From Acidimicrobiia bacterium (lineage in GTDB: Bacteria > Actinomycetota > Acidimicrobiia > Spongiisociales > ZC4RG35): 60,860 nucleotides of DNA. A model generated the notes under the pieces. The model did not search any database, was not told the origin of the DNA, and saw only the letters and a program-made list of their open reading frames with translations. The translations under genes were made by a program, and so were the position numbers. This document shows, one piece after another, positions 46,544 through 54,616 of this stretch. Where the stretch lies: positions 1 through 60,860 of the forward strand of contig JBHHWH010000003.1 of NCBI GenBank assembly GCA_046756405.1, written 5' to 3'. Each line of letters starts with the position of its first letter. Position 1 is the first letter of the stretch.

Positions 46544-47548
46544 TTACGGTGTGTCGAGGCTGGGGATGATCCTGGGAGTGGAGTATTCGGCTGTGGAGAC
46601 CGATGTGTTGGCGGGGATGCCGAATCGTGGGTCGTCTTTGAGGATGCGGATCTCCTCGAAGAGGAGGTATCCCTGGCCGCTAATGGTGAATGTGAGGCGG
46701 GTGGGGATGTTCTGGTTGGTGTATTCGATGTCGAATGTCGCGGCTCCGTCGTTGGTGGTTTCGACGAGGTTCAGGTCGGATAGCTGGCCGATGAGTCGCA
46801 GGGTTGTGGCCCGGAGGTCGGGTGGGGTGAACACTTCTCGGAGGATGTCGAGGGCCACGTCTAGGTATTCGACGTGGTCGGGGAGTCCTCGGTCGGGCCG
46901 GGCGGCCTGGCGGATTGCCCGATCTAATGCCGGATCGTCGGTAGGCCACTGGGCGAGGGCGGGCTCTGAAGACGTGACGAGGGTGGTGGTTTCTCCGATG
47001 GAGTCTTGTCTGTCGATTCCGGCGGCGTAGTACGCGGTTTCGTCGCTGTTCGCAAAGAAGCTGGGTGGTTGGTTGGTGGTGCGGATCTGGACGGTTCCTT
47101 CACTTCCGATCCAGGTCTCTCTGATCGTGGGAAGGAGATAGACAAGGAACTCTCCGTCGAAGCGGACTCCTTTGAGCGCTTCTCGTGGGATGACCGAGAT
47201 GGCGGATATCTCCGAACGCGTGTACAGGAACTGCTGGTCAGGAATCACCAGTGGATCGGTGGCTTCGGCAACGACGGCGATCTCTTCCATCGCAGCCTCG
47301 GTGGCCGTCGGGTTGACCGCCTCTATGAGCAGCAGCACTCCCACCAGGATGGCAACGAAGGCGGCCGCCCAGCCGACCACACGCCGCGACGCCACCCGCA
47401 AGCGCAGACGCCGCCCTGATCGTGCCTGCTCCGCCGCGATAGCCTCCACAAGCCTCTCCTCGGCGAGACGCCGGTCCTCAGCTGTGGGCTCGGGAAAGCC
47501 CGCCACCAGCCGCAAGGCGTCGTCGACCGGATGGTCTCTCTCGGTCAT
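46544..47548 (-). CDS. single-pass membrane protein downstream of the ECF sigma factor (putative anti-sigma / CU044_5270-like)
   Basis: It has a 4-bp overlap with the sigma gene. The layout is a short cytoplasmic N-terminus, one TM helix (VVGWAAAFVAILVGVLLLI) and an extracytoplasmic domain of about 250 aa with no motif I recognise. Confidence 0.5.
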   Translation of the reverse strand: MTERDHPVDDALRLVAGFPEPTAEDRRLAEERLVEAIAAEQARSGRRLRLRVASRRVVGWAAAFVAILVGVLLLIEAVNPTATEAAMEEIAVVAEATDPLVIPDQQFLYTRSEISAISVIPREALKGVRFDGEFLVYLLPTIRETWIGSEGTVQIRTTNQPPSFFANSDETAYYAAGIDRQDSIGETTTLVTSSEPALAQWPTDDPALDRAIRQAARPDRGLPDHVEYLDVALDILREVFTPPDLRATTLRLIGQLSDLNLVETTNDGAATFDIEYTNQNIPTRLTFTISGQGYLLFEEIRILKDDPRFGIPANTSVSTAEYSTPRIIPSLDTP

Positions 47549-48147
47549 GATCCGTCCTCGGATGCTCGGGGAGTATCCATACCGGTTATTTGTCCCAGAT
47601 CGGGTATCTCTTCGAGTATCCGCCGTCTCGCCCGGAAGATCCTCGAGCCCACAGTTCCGATCGGTATGTCCAGCACCCGAGCGATCTCGGAATATGTCAT
47701 CTCCTCCAACGCGAACAACATCAGGGTTTCACGATCCCTCCAAGGGAGAGCATCGAGGGCAGCCTTGAGGAGACCTGCCACATTCTCGGCAACGAGCCGG
47801 TCGTCCACATCCGATACGTCCGCCCCGAGACCGACATGCACCCCCGCCTCATAGGTACGCTGCCGTCTCTTGGTACGTCGGAGCCGATCTCCGATGATGT
47901 TGGCGGCTATCCCATACAACCAGGGGAGACAGTCCGGTCTCTCCGTGTCGTAACGGTGACGGATCGAGAACGCCCGAACGAAGACGTCCGCCGCCACATC
48001 CGCCGCATCACCAACCCCAACCCGCTGAGCAACGAACCGGAAAACGGCCCTGTGGTGTCGGGCGAAGAGTTCGCCGAACTCCGTCGGGTCCTCGATCGAC
48101 GCCCCAATGATCTCGGCGTCAGACCGCTCATCACTCACCGCCGTCAC
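47545..48147 (-). CDS. ECF-subfamily RNA polymerase sigma-70 factor
   Basis: Region 2 is FRFVAQRVGVGDAADVAADVFVRAF...LPWLYGIAANIIGDRLR. Region 4 is RETLMLFALEEMTYSEIARVLDIPIGTVGSRIFRARR. Confidence 0.9.
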   Translation of the reverse strand: MTAVSDERSDAEIIGASIEDPTEFGELFARHHRAVFRFVAQRVGVGDAADVAADVFVRAFSIRHRYDTERPDCLPWLYGIAANIIGDRLRRTKRRQRTYEAGVHVGLGADVSDVDDRLVAENVAGLLKAALDALPWRDRETLMLFALEEMTYSEIARVLDIPIGTVGSRIFRARRRILEEIPDLGQITGMDTPRASEDGS

Positions 48148-48168
48148 AACGCTAGCCCAGACAGCTTG

Positions 48169-48732
48169 TCAACCGGAGTGATACGAAACAGACTCCGTCC
48201 GGTTATTCATGTAGGACAGGTTGTCTGTGGTCCCAGAACCATATGTGCTCTCAGACGACCCGCTCATATACGGGTAGTCCCAGTGGCGCAGCCGAGCACA
48301 CCCGTTGTAGGACGACGAGATCCGATTGTCCCACGACGAACTGGTATTCCAGTAGCCACCAGTACACGACGAACCCACAACCGTGATCGACGATCCCGAT
48401 CCCTTGAACCCGTCGTAATGCTTGCCGAGGACGAAGGTCGTCGCGGCGACAACACCACCTGAATCAGCAGAAGCGGCTTCCGAGCCCGCTAGGGGCAACC
48501 CGTATGAAGCCCATACGGAGGCAGACAGCTCATCAGCAAAGCAGTCCGGCTCCGATAGAAGAAACTCCCCATCCTCACGCTGGTCCACCACAAAGACGAC
48601 ACAATGACTCTCCGCTCCTTCGGCCACACCGAACGACGCAGGGAAGACGAACAGACCCAAGACCACCGCAAGGGTTGCAGGAACACGAAGCGCACCCCCC
48701 CTCTCTTTGTCTGAAGCCAGCGGCTTATTCAC
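48169..48732 (-). CDS. secreted protein with C-terminal I36-inhibitor / beta-gamma-crystallin-like pattern
   Basis: GTG 48732 is the likely start, which places the signal peptide (LRVPATLAVVLGLFVFPASFGVAEG) near the N-terminus. The C-terminal part reads HYDGFKGSGSS...CTGGYWNTSSSWDNRISSSYNGC...LSYMNNRTESVSY. It lies 21 bp upstream of the sigma gene. Local GC is about 50%. Confidence 0.5.
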   Translation of the reverse strand: MNKPLASDKERGGALRVPATLAVVLGLFVFPASFGVAEGAESHCVVFVVDQREDGEFLLSEPDCFADELSASVWASYGLPLAGSEAASADSGGVVAATTFVLGKHYDGFKGSGSSITVVGSSCTGGYWNTSSSWDNRISSSYNGCARLRHWDYPYMSGSSESTYGSGTTDNLSYMNNRTESVSYHSG

Positions 48733-49154
48733 GGCAATCCGCCGTGCTGACTCGAGGTTGAACAGGCGCCGACTCGCCGACAAACACCGGAACAGGGTGG
48801 CGGTCGCCGTCGACTCGACTCCTTCATCGACCGACGGCACCGCTACCCCACCGCCGCCGAACCGCGATCCACGGTCTGAGGCGCGGTCCCAGCAGGGCTA
48901 GGAAGAGCCGTCTCGGCCGTAGCTGCTGCGTGACTCTCTCCGTGTCGATGCCGACCGCCGTACGGACGACCAGCCCCTGGACTCCGAGAATCGCTCACGC
49001 CCCGTGCTCGTTCTTTCCACAGCGGCTGGGCTCTCCCACGCTGAAATCCTGCGGCTTCCTACCGGGACGTTCAGTCGCGACTGTCCAGGGCGACCGGCGC
49101 GTGGCAGGAGGGCTTGCAGGGCCCTGATCCATGGACGCGAGTCGTGTCCGACGC

Positions 49155-49180
49155 GAACAGGACTCGTGTCTTATGCGAAT
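49155..49180 (+). promoter_or_regulatory. candidate ECF-type promoter GAAC-N17-CGAAT upstream of cassette copy 1
   Basis: GAACAGG lies at 49155-49161 and CGAAT at 49176-49180, 31 nt before the TTG start. The same motif, spacing and distance to the start are conserved in copy 2. Confidence 0.25.
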
Positions 49181-49210
49181 AGTAGGTGTACGCCGAGATG
49201 GAGGTGAAGA

Positions 49211-49594
49211 TTGTTCCGGCGAATGTCTGTCATTCTGATAGGAGTATTCCTGGTGGTCGGTTCGGCCACCGTGGCCCTCGCCAACCACGGTGCCTGAGCC
49301 AATGGATGCCACGATGGAGCCACCGGTTGGTGGGACGGCTCCTACCTGTGGAGTGCGAACGTCCACAGCGATCATCGCGACATCGACACCTTTCCCAACA
49401 CCTATTCGAGCGGGAACAGCATCAGTTGGAGCTCCGACTACATCGAGAACGACATGAACTACACCTATGCGCGCATTTATCGATGGCCGAACCGGGATAC
49501 AGCGATCTGGTGTCTCGATCCGAATGATCCACTCGTGTTGGATGTCAGAGCGACGCCCACAGGCAGGCGGAAGGGCGCCTCAGGGAATTGCTGA
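49211..49594 (+). pseudogene. paralogue of the 51228..51623 small secreted protein, interrupted by an in-frame TGA at 49295-49297
   Basis: It has the same GGAGGTGAAGA-TTG start context as copy 2. My own translation reads MFRRMSVILIGVFLVVGSATVALANHGA*ANGCHDGATGWWDGSYLWSANVHSDHRDIDTFPNTYSSGNSISWSSDYIENDMNYTYARIYRWPNRDTAIWCLDPNDPLVLDVRATPTGRRKGASGNC*. The ORF-track entry 49186..49527 is in a different, spurious frame. Confidence 0.6.
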
Positions 49595-49635
49595 GTGACC
49601 GCCCCCAAGGTCGAGGATAAGATTCTCGGATCCGC

Positions 49636-50688
49636 ATGCGGCCCAGGGCGAGTTTTCGAACGGTGGCGGTGGTGGTCAGCGTGTTCATCGCCGCCTGCAC
49701 CGGCGGAGACCCGGGGCCGGGGCCGGACACGCCAACCGGTACCGTGGAGGTGCCGCCCGTCCCGGATCCGACGGCCCTCCCGCTGGCCTGGTTCATGACT
49801 CGGCCATCCGACCTCGAAGAGGAGCTCATCGGCGAGGCGACTGAGGCCCTGATCGCCAGGTGCATGGAAGACCAGGGTTTTCAGGTACCGGAGTTCCCCG
49901 ACGGGAGCGACCCCATCCAACCCCTGCGTTACTGGTATGGACTCGTCGACTTAAAGGAGGCCCGCGCCGACGGCTACACCGGCCTCGACGCAGCCGCCCG
50001 GGCAGCCGCAGCCCTTGACGGGGAGACTGAACCCTCCGAAACGGAGTTGGGCGAGTCCCTCTTCCCCGACCCGGCCCGCCGCGAGGCCTACTTGATCGCC
50101 CTCTATGGACCCGAAGGTGACGTGACACGGGTGCCCGTGGTGGATCCGATCACCGGCGAGGAGCGGGGCCTCGTGGGCGTTGACCGTGGATGCCGCGGCC
50201 AGGCCCGAGCGCAGGTCTTCGGCGACGCCGATGCCTACCTCATCCACCAGCAGACAGTCGCCTGGCTTCAGACCGTCATCTGGGAGATCCGGCTCGCTGC
50301 CAAGAGTCTGGAAGAGACCCGCCAGGCAGCCGAGAAATGGCTCGCATGTGTGGCCGATCGTGGCTTCCCCCCTGAGCACCCGTTCTGGCCGACGTTCAGG
50401 CGGACCGCGCTCGATTCTGCTGAGGCGCCGGATTTCATAGGTGCTGTTCCCGCCATCGGCCCCAACTGGCAGGCGTTCCCCCAACCACGGCCATCGCCTG
50501 AGGAGATCGAGATGGCGGTGGCCGACGTCACCTGCAAAGAGGAGAGCGGATGGACAATGCTGGTCTTCACCGAGGAGTACCGCCGCCAGGACGAACTCGC
50601 GGCCGCAGCCGCCGAGTTCATCCGCCAGGGCCAGAAGATACGCGCCGAAGCCGTAGAACGCGCCCGAACGATTCTGGCCGACGGTTGA
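49636..50688 (+). CDS. lipoprotein of unknown function, cassette copy 1 (four conserved Cys, C-x3-4-GF motifs)
   Basis: The lipobox is VFIAACTGG. It shares roughly 60% identity with 51662..52717, by eye. The last 66 aa are almost identical (EEIEMAVADVTCKEESGWTMLVFT.EYRRQDELAAAAAEFIRQGQKIRAEAVERARTILA). Confidence 0.7.
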   Translation: MRPRASFRTVAVVVSVFIAACTGGDPGPGPDTPTGTVEVPPVPDPTALPLAWFMTRPSDLEEELIGEATEALIARCMEDQGFQVPEFPDGSDPIQPLRYWYGLVDLKEARADGYTGLDAAARAAAALDGETEPSETELGESLFPDPARREAYLIALYGPEGDVTRVPVVDPITGEERGLVGVDRGCRGQARAQVFGDADAYLIHQQTVAWLQTVIWEIRLAAKSLEETRQAAEKWLACVADRGFPPEHPFWPTFRRTALDSAEAPDFIGAVPAIGPNWQAFPQPRPSPEEIEMAVADVTCKEESGWTMLVFTEEYRRQDELAAAAAEFIRQGQKIRAEAVERARTILADG

Positions 50689-51171
50689 CACCCCTGAACG
50701 AGGCGGTCTGGTCTCGCTCGCAGGACTCATGACCTCTACAGGTGCCCCACTGTCAAGGGACACCGGGATCTGCCCCACTTGAACATAAATCGCGTATTCG
50801 GCGAACACACGGCATGCGGTCAGGTGCGGATGAAGACCGACTACAAACGACATGAACCACACCCACAGCCACACAGGTGGGATGACGATGACGACCATCT
50901 GGCAACAACAGCCCCGACTCCGCGCAAGTTCGGATGCCACTGCCCGCACCAGCCGAGCCTTTACCGATGAGCGGGCCTCGTCTGATCAGGATGCGACCGA
51001 AGCTCTTCCCCTCCGCCTCGGTGTGGCGTGAGGCCTGCTTCGTCGCAGAGCCGATGACACGGCGGATGAGTCCCGATCATGAGCCCGTTTTCGAGATAGG
51101 AGCGGAGCTCGGCGTTCAGCAGGCGAGTCTCTCGTGGGCCCTGATCCATGGACACGAGCCACATCCGACGC

Positions 51172-51197
51172 GAACAGGAATCGTGTGTTAGGCGAAT
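51172..51197 (+). promoter_or_regulatory. candidate ECF-type promoter GAAC-N17-CGAAT upstream of cassette copy 2
   Basis: GAACAGG lies at 51172-51178 and CGAAT at 51193-51197, 31 nt before TTG 51228. Confidence 0.25.
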
Positions 51198-51227
51198 AGC
51201 TAGTTGTACGCGAGATGGAGGTGAAGA

Positions 51228-51623
51228 TTGTTCCGGCGACTGACTGTCGTTCTGATTGGGGTCTTCCTGCTGGCGGGCTCAGCCACCGTAGCCCTGGCTG
51301 ACCATGACTGGATTTACGGTTGCAAGGATGGCAACGCCTGCTTCCGGGAGGGTTGGCCGTGGTGGAGCGAGGCGAAGTCGAGCGACCATCGCGACGCCAA
51401 CACGTACGCTGACCTCTATTACTCCGGAAAGAGCGTCGGCTGGCACACCGACTGGGTCGAAAACGAGATGAACTACACCCATGCCCACGTCTATTTCGAG
51501 ACGAACTGGGACTTTGAGATAGGTTGTCTGGATCCAAATGACCCTGACGAGCTGGATGTCCGAAGCCTGGAGCACACCCTGCGGACGGCGCTGGAGAGTG
51601 TTGAGGCCCCGGGGTGTCAGTGA
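51228..51623 (+). CDS. small secreted Cys/Trp/His-rich protein of unknown function, cassette copy 2 (intact)
   Basis: The TTG start lies 5 nt after GGAGGTG. The signal peptide is MFRRLTVVLIGVFLLAGSATVALA. The mature protein is about 107 aa with 4 Cys (YGCKDGNAC, IGCLDPND, PGCQ). Confidence 0.65.
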   Translation: MFRRLTVVLIGVFLLAGSATVALADHDWIYGCKDGNACFREGWPWWSEAKSSDHRDANTYADLYYSGKSVGWHTDWVENEMNYTHAHVYFETNWDFEIGCLDPNDPDELDVRSLEHTLRTALESVEAPGCQ

Positions 51624-51661
51624 GGCATGTCGGAAACCACAACTTGGCTAACGAAGGGCTC

Positions 51662-52717
51662 ATGAGGAAAAGGACAGCACTTCTGCTGCTAGCGGCGGGG
51701 TTGCTCGCCGGGGCGTGCACCGGTGGGGCCCCTGAACCAGACTCTGCACCCCCGGCCGAGAACGTCGGTACGGGCGCTCAGTCAGTGGTTGTGCCGTCCG
51801 AACCCGATCCGACTCTCCTGCCTCTGGCCTGGTTCATGGCCCGCCAATCCGACCCCGGAGACGCCATCATCGACGACGCCGTAGATCATCTGATCGCCAG
51901 GTGTATGGCCGAACGCGGTTTTCAAGTCCCCGAATACCCCAAGCACGACCATGCGCAATCCCTCCGCTATTGGTATGGGTTGGTCAAGCTCGAAGAGGCC
52001 CTCGCCGACGGATACACGGGCATCGACGCTGCCGCCCGGGCTGGCGCCGCCCTGGCCGAAGCGACGCCGTCTGACGAAGAGGCCGGGGAAGCAATCTCCC
52101 CAGACCCGGCACGGCGGGAAGCGTACTTAGCCGCCCTACACGGCACCGAAGAAGACGTCATTAGGGTGGCGCTAGTAGACCCCATCACCGGTGAACATAG
52201 GGGCACGGTGGGTCTGGGTGGAGGATGCCGCGGCGAGGCCCGAGAGGCGGTCTTCGGTGGCGTCGACAAATACCTCGCCCACCAGCGAACTATGACGTGG
52301 CTCCAGAGGGCCGTATGGGATATCCGTATCGCAGCTGACAACCTTGAGGCGACCCGGGAAGCGGCCCAAGCCTGGCTCGAATGCATGACCGACCACGGCT
52401 TCCCGCCCGACCACCGGTTCTGGCCTTTTGATGTCAACCTCGCAGGGAACGGCGAGGTGAACTTCCTGGGGGCGCTTCCGACGATCGGCCCCGACTGGCA
52501 GGCTCTCCCCGAACCCCGGCCGTCCCCGGAGGAGATCGAGATGGCGGTGGCCGACGTCACCTGTAAGGAGGAGAGCGGCTGGACGATGCTGGTCTTCACC
52601 GCGGAGTACCGCCGTCAGGACGAGCTGGCCGCGGCAGCCGCCGAGTTCATCCGCCAGGGCCAGAAGATACGCGCCGAAGCCGTAGAACGCGCCCGAACGA
52701 TTCTGGCCGAAGGTTGA
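51662..52717 (+). CDS. lipoprotein of unknown function, cassette copy 2
   Basis: I trimmed the start to ATG 51662 (MRKRTALLLLAAGLLAGACTGG lipobox). It carries the ARCMAERGF, GCRG, LECMTDHGF and VTCKEESG motifs, all shared with copy 1. Confidence 0.7.
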   Translation: MRKRTALLLLAAGLLAGACTGGAPEPDSAPPAENVGTGAQSVVVPSEPDPTLLPLAWFMARQSDPGDAIIDDAVDHLIARCMAERGFQVPEYPKHDHAQSLRYWYGLVKLEEALADGYTGIDAAARAGAALAEATPSDEEAGEAISPDPARREAYLAALHGTEEDVIRVALVDPITGEHRGTVGLGGGCRGEAREAVFGGVDKYLAHQRTMTWLQRAVWDIRIAADNLEATREAAQAWLECMTDHGFPPDHRFWPFDVNLAGNGEVNFLGALPTIGPDWQALPEPRPSPEEIEMAVADVTCKEESGWTMLVFTAEYRRQDELAAAAAEFIRQGQKIRAEAVERARTILAEG

Positions 52718-52760
52718 CACCTGGAGGCCCGCTAGTGACCATGGCAGACAGGGGAATAAT

Positions 52761-53894
52761 GTGAGACGGGCCTGGATGAACATCGTGCTGGCTGGGGCGC
52801 TTCTGGCCGTCGGCGGTGTCTCTGTGTGGACTCTGGCGGTCGCCACCGGTACACGAACCTCCCCCAGCTCCACCACCGCCGTCGCTCCCTCTCTCATCAC
52901 CGCGCCGGTGGAGGAGCGGGTCTTGGAAGAGACGTTCGCGGTACGGGGGTCGGTCCTCGAACAGAGCGTGGAGGTGGTATCAGCTCCCGACCCTGGGAAT
53001 CTGGCCGGTGTGGTCACCGACCTGCCGCTCGCCGAGGGTGACCGCGTGGATGCGGGGAGTGTGGTGGTCTCCGTCTCCGACCGGCCGGTGATCGTTCTCG
53101 AAGGGGAGATCCCCATGTACAGGTCGTTGGGTCGCGAGGACACTGGACCCGACGTCGCTCGTCTCCAACAGGCCTTGGCCGTCTTGGATCTATACGACGG
53201 TCCCATCGATGGACACTTCGGCTGGTTCACCGAGAAGGCTGTCCGTGACCTCTACGATCAGGCGGGCTTCCCACCACCTACTGCCGGCGCCTCCGGGGAA
53301 GTCCAGGAAGGAGGGGCGACACAGTCTCTGCGCGTCCCGGTGGGGGAACTGGTCTTCGTGTCTGAGCTGCCCACCACCGTTGCCGAGGTTGGTGTTTCCC
53401 TCGGGGATGTGGTCTCCGCCGGTGATCCGGTCCTCGGGTTGGGTTCGGGTTCCGCTCTCATAGTCGCCGAGGTGCCTGTGGATCGCGTCGAGATGCTCCC
53501 TGTGGGAACACCAGCCAACTTCTTCAGCGAAATACTCCAGATCGGCGCCGAGGGACGGGTCGTCGCGGTCTCCGAAACAGCTCGTGTTTCGGCTCAGGGC
53601 ATCCACATCCGGGAGGTGACCGTCGAGCCCACCGGCGAGATCCCCTCTGATCTGTTCGGCGCCGATGTCGCCGTGACCTTCACCGTGACTCTCTCCGACG
53701 GACCGGTCGTCGCCGTGCCCATCACCGCCATCCACGCCCTCCCCGACGGCCGGATCTTCGTCACCAAGGCAGAGGCCGACGATGGCCGAACTGAGATCGA
53801 GGTGACTGTGGGCGCGGTCATCGGCGGGTTCGTCGAGATCACCTCTGGGGCCCTCACCGTAGGTGATCGGGTGGTGGTGGGGTCGTCCAGGTGA
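52761..53894 (+). CDS. membrane-anchored periplasmic-adaptor (HlyD/MacA-like) protein with embedded peptidoglycan-binding domain
   Basis: It has an N-terminal TM helix. The PG_binding_1-like block is GPDVARLQQALAVLDLYDGPIDGHFGWFTEKAVRDLYDQAGF. Beta-barrel-like repeats follow. Its stop overlaps the ABC ATPase start (GTGA). Confidence 0.75.
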   Translation: MRRAWMNIVLAGALLAVGGVSVWTLAVATGTRTSPSSTTAVAPSLITAPVEERVLEETFAVRGSVLEQSVEVVSAPDPGNLAGVVTDLPLAEGDRVDAGSVVVSVSDRPVIVLEGEIPMYRSLGREDTGPDVARLQQALAVLDLYDGPIDGHFGWFTEKAVRDLYDQAGFPPPTAGASGEVQEGGATQSLRVPVGELVFVSELPTTVAEVGVSLGDVVSAGDPVLGLGSGSALIVAEVPVDRVEMLPVGTPANFFSEILQIGAEGRVVAVSETARVSAQGIHIREVTVEPTGEIPSDLFGADVAVTFTVTLSDGPVVAVPITAIHALPDGRIFVTKAEADDGRTEIEVTVGAVIGGFVEITSGALTVGDRVVVGSSR

Positions 53895-54616
53895 GAACAG
53901 GGAGGGGTTCAGCCGGGAACGGGGGTTTCGACTTCGATCCCGACTCGCTGGTGGTCGAGTGCAGAGGATTGAGTCGTGTGTATGAGGCCGCCCAGCCGGT
54001 GGTCGCCGTCGACGCCTGCGATCTCGTTATCCGCCGCGGCGAGTTCGTGTCGATCATGGGACCGTCGGGGTCGGGCAAGTCGACTCTGCTCAACTGTCTG
54101 GGGCTGGTGGACCGACCCACTGCTGGCTCCTACCGGCTGGGCAGCTGGGAGACCACCCGACTCACCGGACGGCAACGGGCCTCGATACGAGGGATGCTGG
54201 TGGGCTTCGTCTTCCAGGCCTACCACCTCCTCGCCGGCCGGGATGTGGCCGAGAACATCGCCATGGGCCTGCTCTACCGACGCGTAGCCCGCCGGGAGCG
54301 TCTCCGTCGGGCCGCCGAGACGGCGGCGCAGGTCGGCCTGGCCCCCAGACTCTCCACTCCCGTGGAGAACCTCTCCGGCGGGGAGAGACAAAGGGTCGCC
54401 ATCGGGCGGGCCATAGTCGGAGACCCCGTCCTCGTCCTCGCCGACGAACCCACCGGCAACCTGGATTCGCAGAACAGCGACCTCATATTGGACTTGCTCC
54501 AGCAGCTCAACGACCGGGGCCACACGATCGTCGTGGTGACCCACGATCCGACGGTGGCCCGCCGGGCACGGCGACACCTCAGCCTGATCGACGGCCGTCT
54601 CGCCGAAACGGCATGA
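53891..54616 (+). CDS. MacB/LolD-type ABC transporter ATP-binding protein
   Basis: It has Walker A GPSGSGKSTLLN, Q-loop FVFQAYHL, signature LSGGERQRVAIGRA and Walker B LVLADEPTGNLD. Confidence 0.9.
   Translation: MRTGRGSAGNGGFDFDPDSLVVECRGLSRVYEAAQPVVAVDACDLVIRRGEFVSIMGPSGSGKSTLLNCLGLVDRPTAGSYRLGSWETTRLTGRQRASIRGMLVGFVFQAYHLLAGRDVAENIAMGLLYRRVARRERLRRAAETAAQVGLAPRLSTPVENLSGGERQRVAIGRAIVGDPVLVLADEPTGNLDSQNSDLILDLLQQLNDRGHTIVVVTHDPTVARRARRHLSLIDGRLAETA

Larger units (their letters stand above)
49119..50692 (+). repeat. copy 1 of a tandemly duplicated ~1.58-kb two-gene cassette (leader + small secreted protein gene + lipoprotein gene)
   Basis: Homology with copy 2 starts at GGGCCCTGATCCATGGAC and ends at GGTTGACACC just after the lipoprotein stop. 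The offset between copies is about 2017-2030 bp. Confidence 0.85.
51136..52722 (+). repeat. copy 2 of the tandemly duplicated two-gene cassette
   Basis: It has the same boundaries as copy 1. A 77-nt run (52634-52710) is identical to 50605-50681. Confidence 0.85.

Noticed and set aside
49295-49342. Selenocysteine (or other recoding) at the in-frame TGA, with the downstream hairpin acting as a SECIS.
   Set aside because: The paralogue has Trp or another non-Cys residue at or next to this position, so TGG to TGA is a single transition. TGA is used as an ordinary stop throughout the window. No sel genes are visible and the hairpin spacing is not clearly SECIS-like. I keep it only as something to exclude.
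50693-51135. IS element or transposase remnant between the cassette copies.
   Set aside because: I could find no DDE/HTH motifs, no terminal inverted repeats and no target-site duplication. The sequence holds only broken short frames, so a mobile-element call is unsupported.
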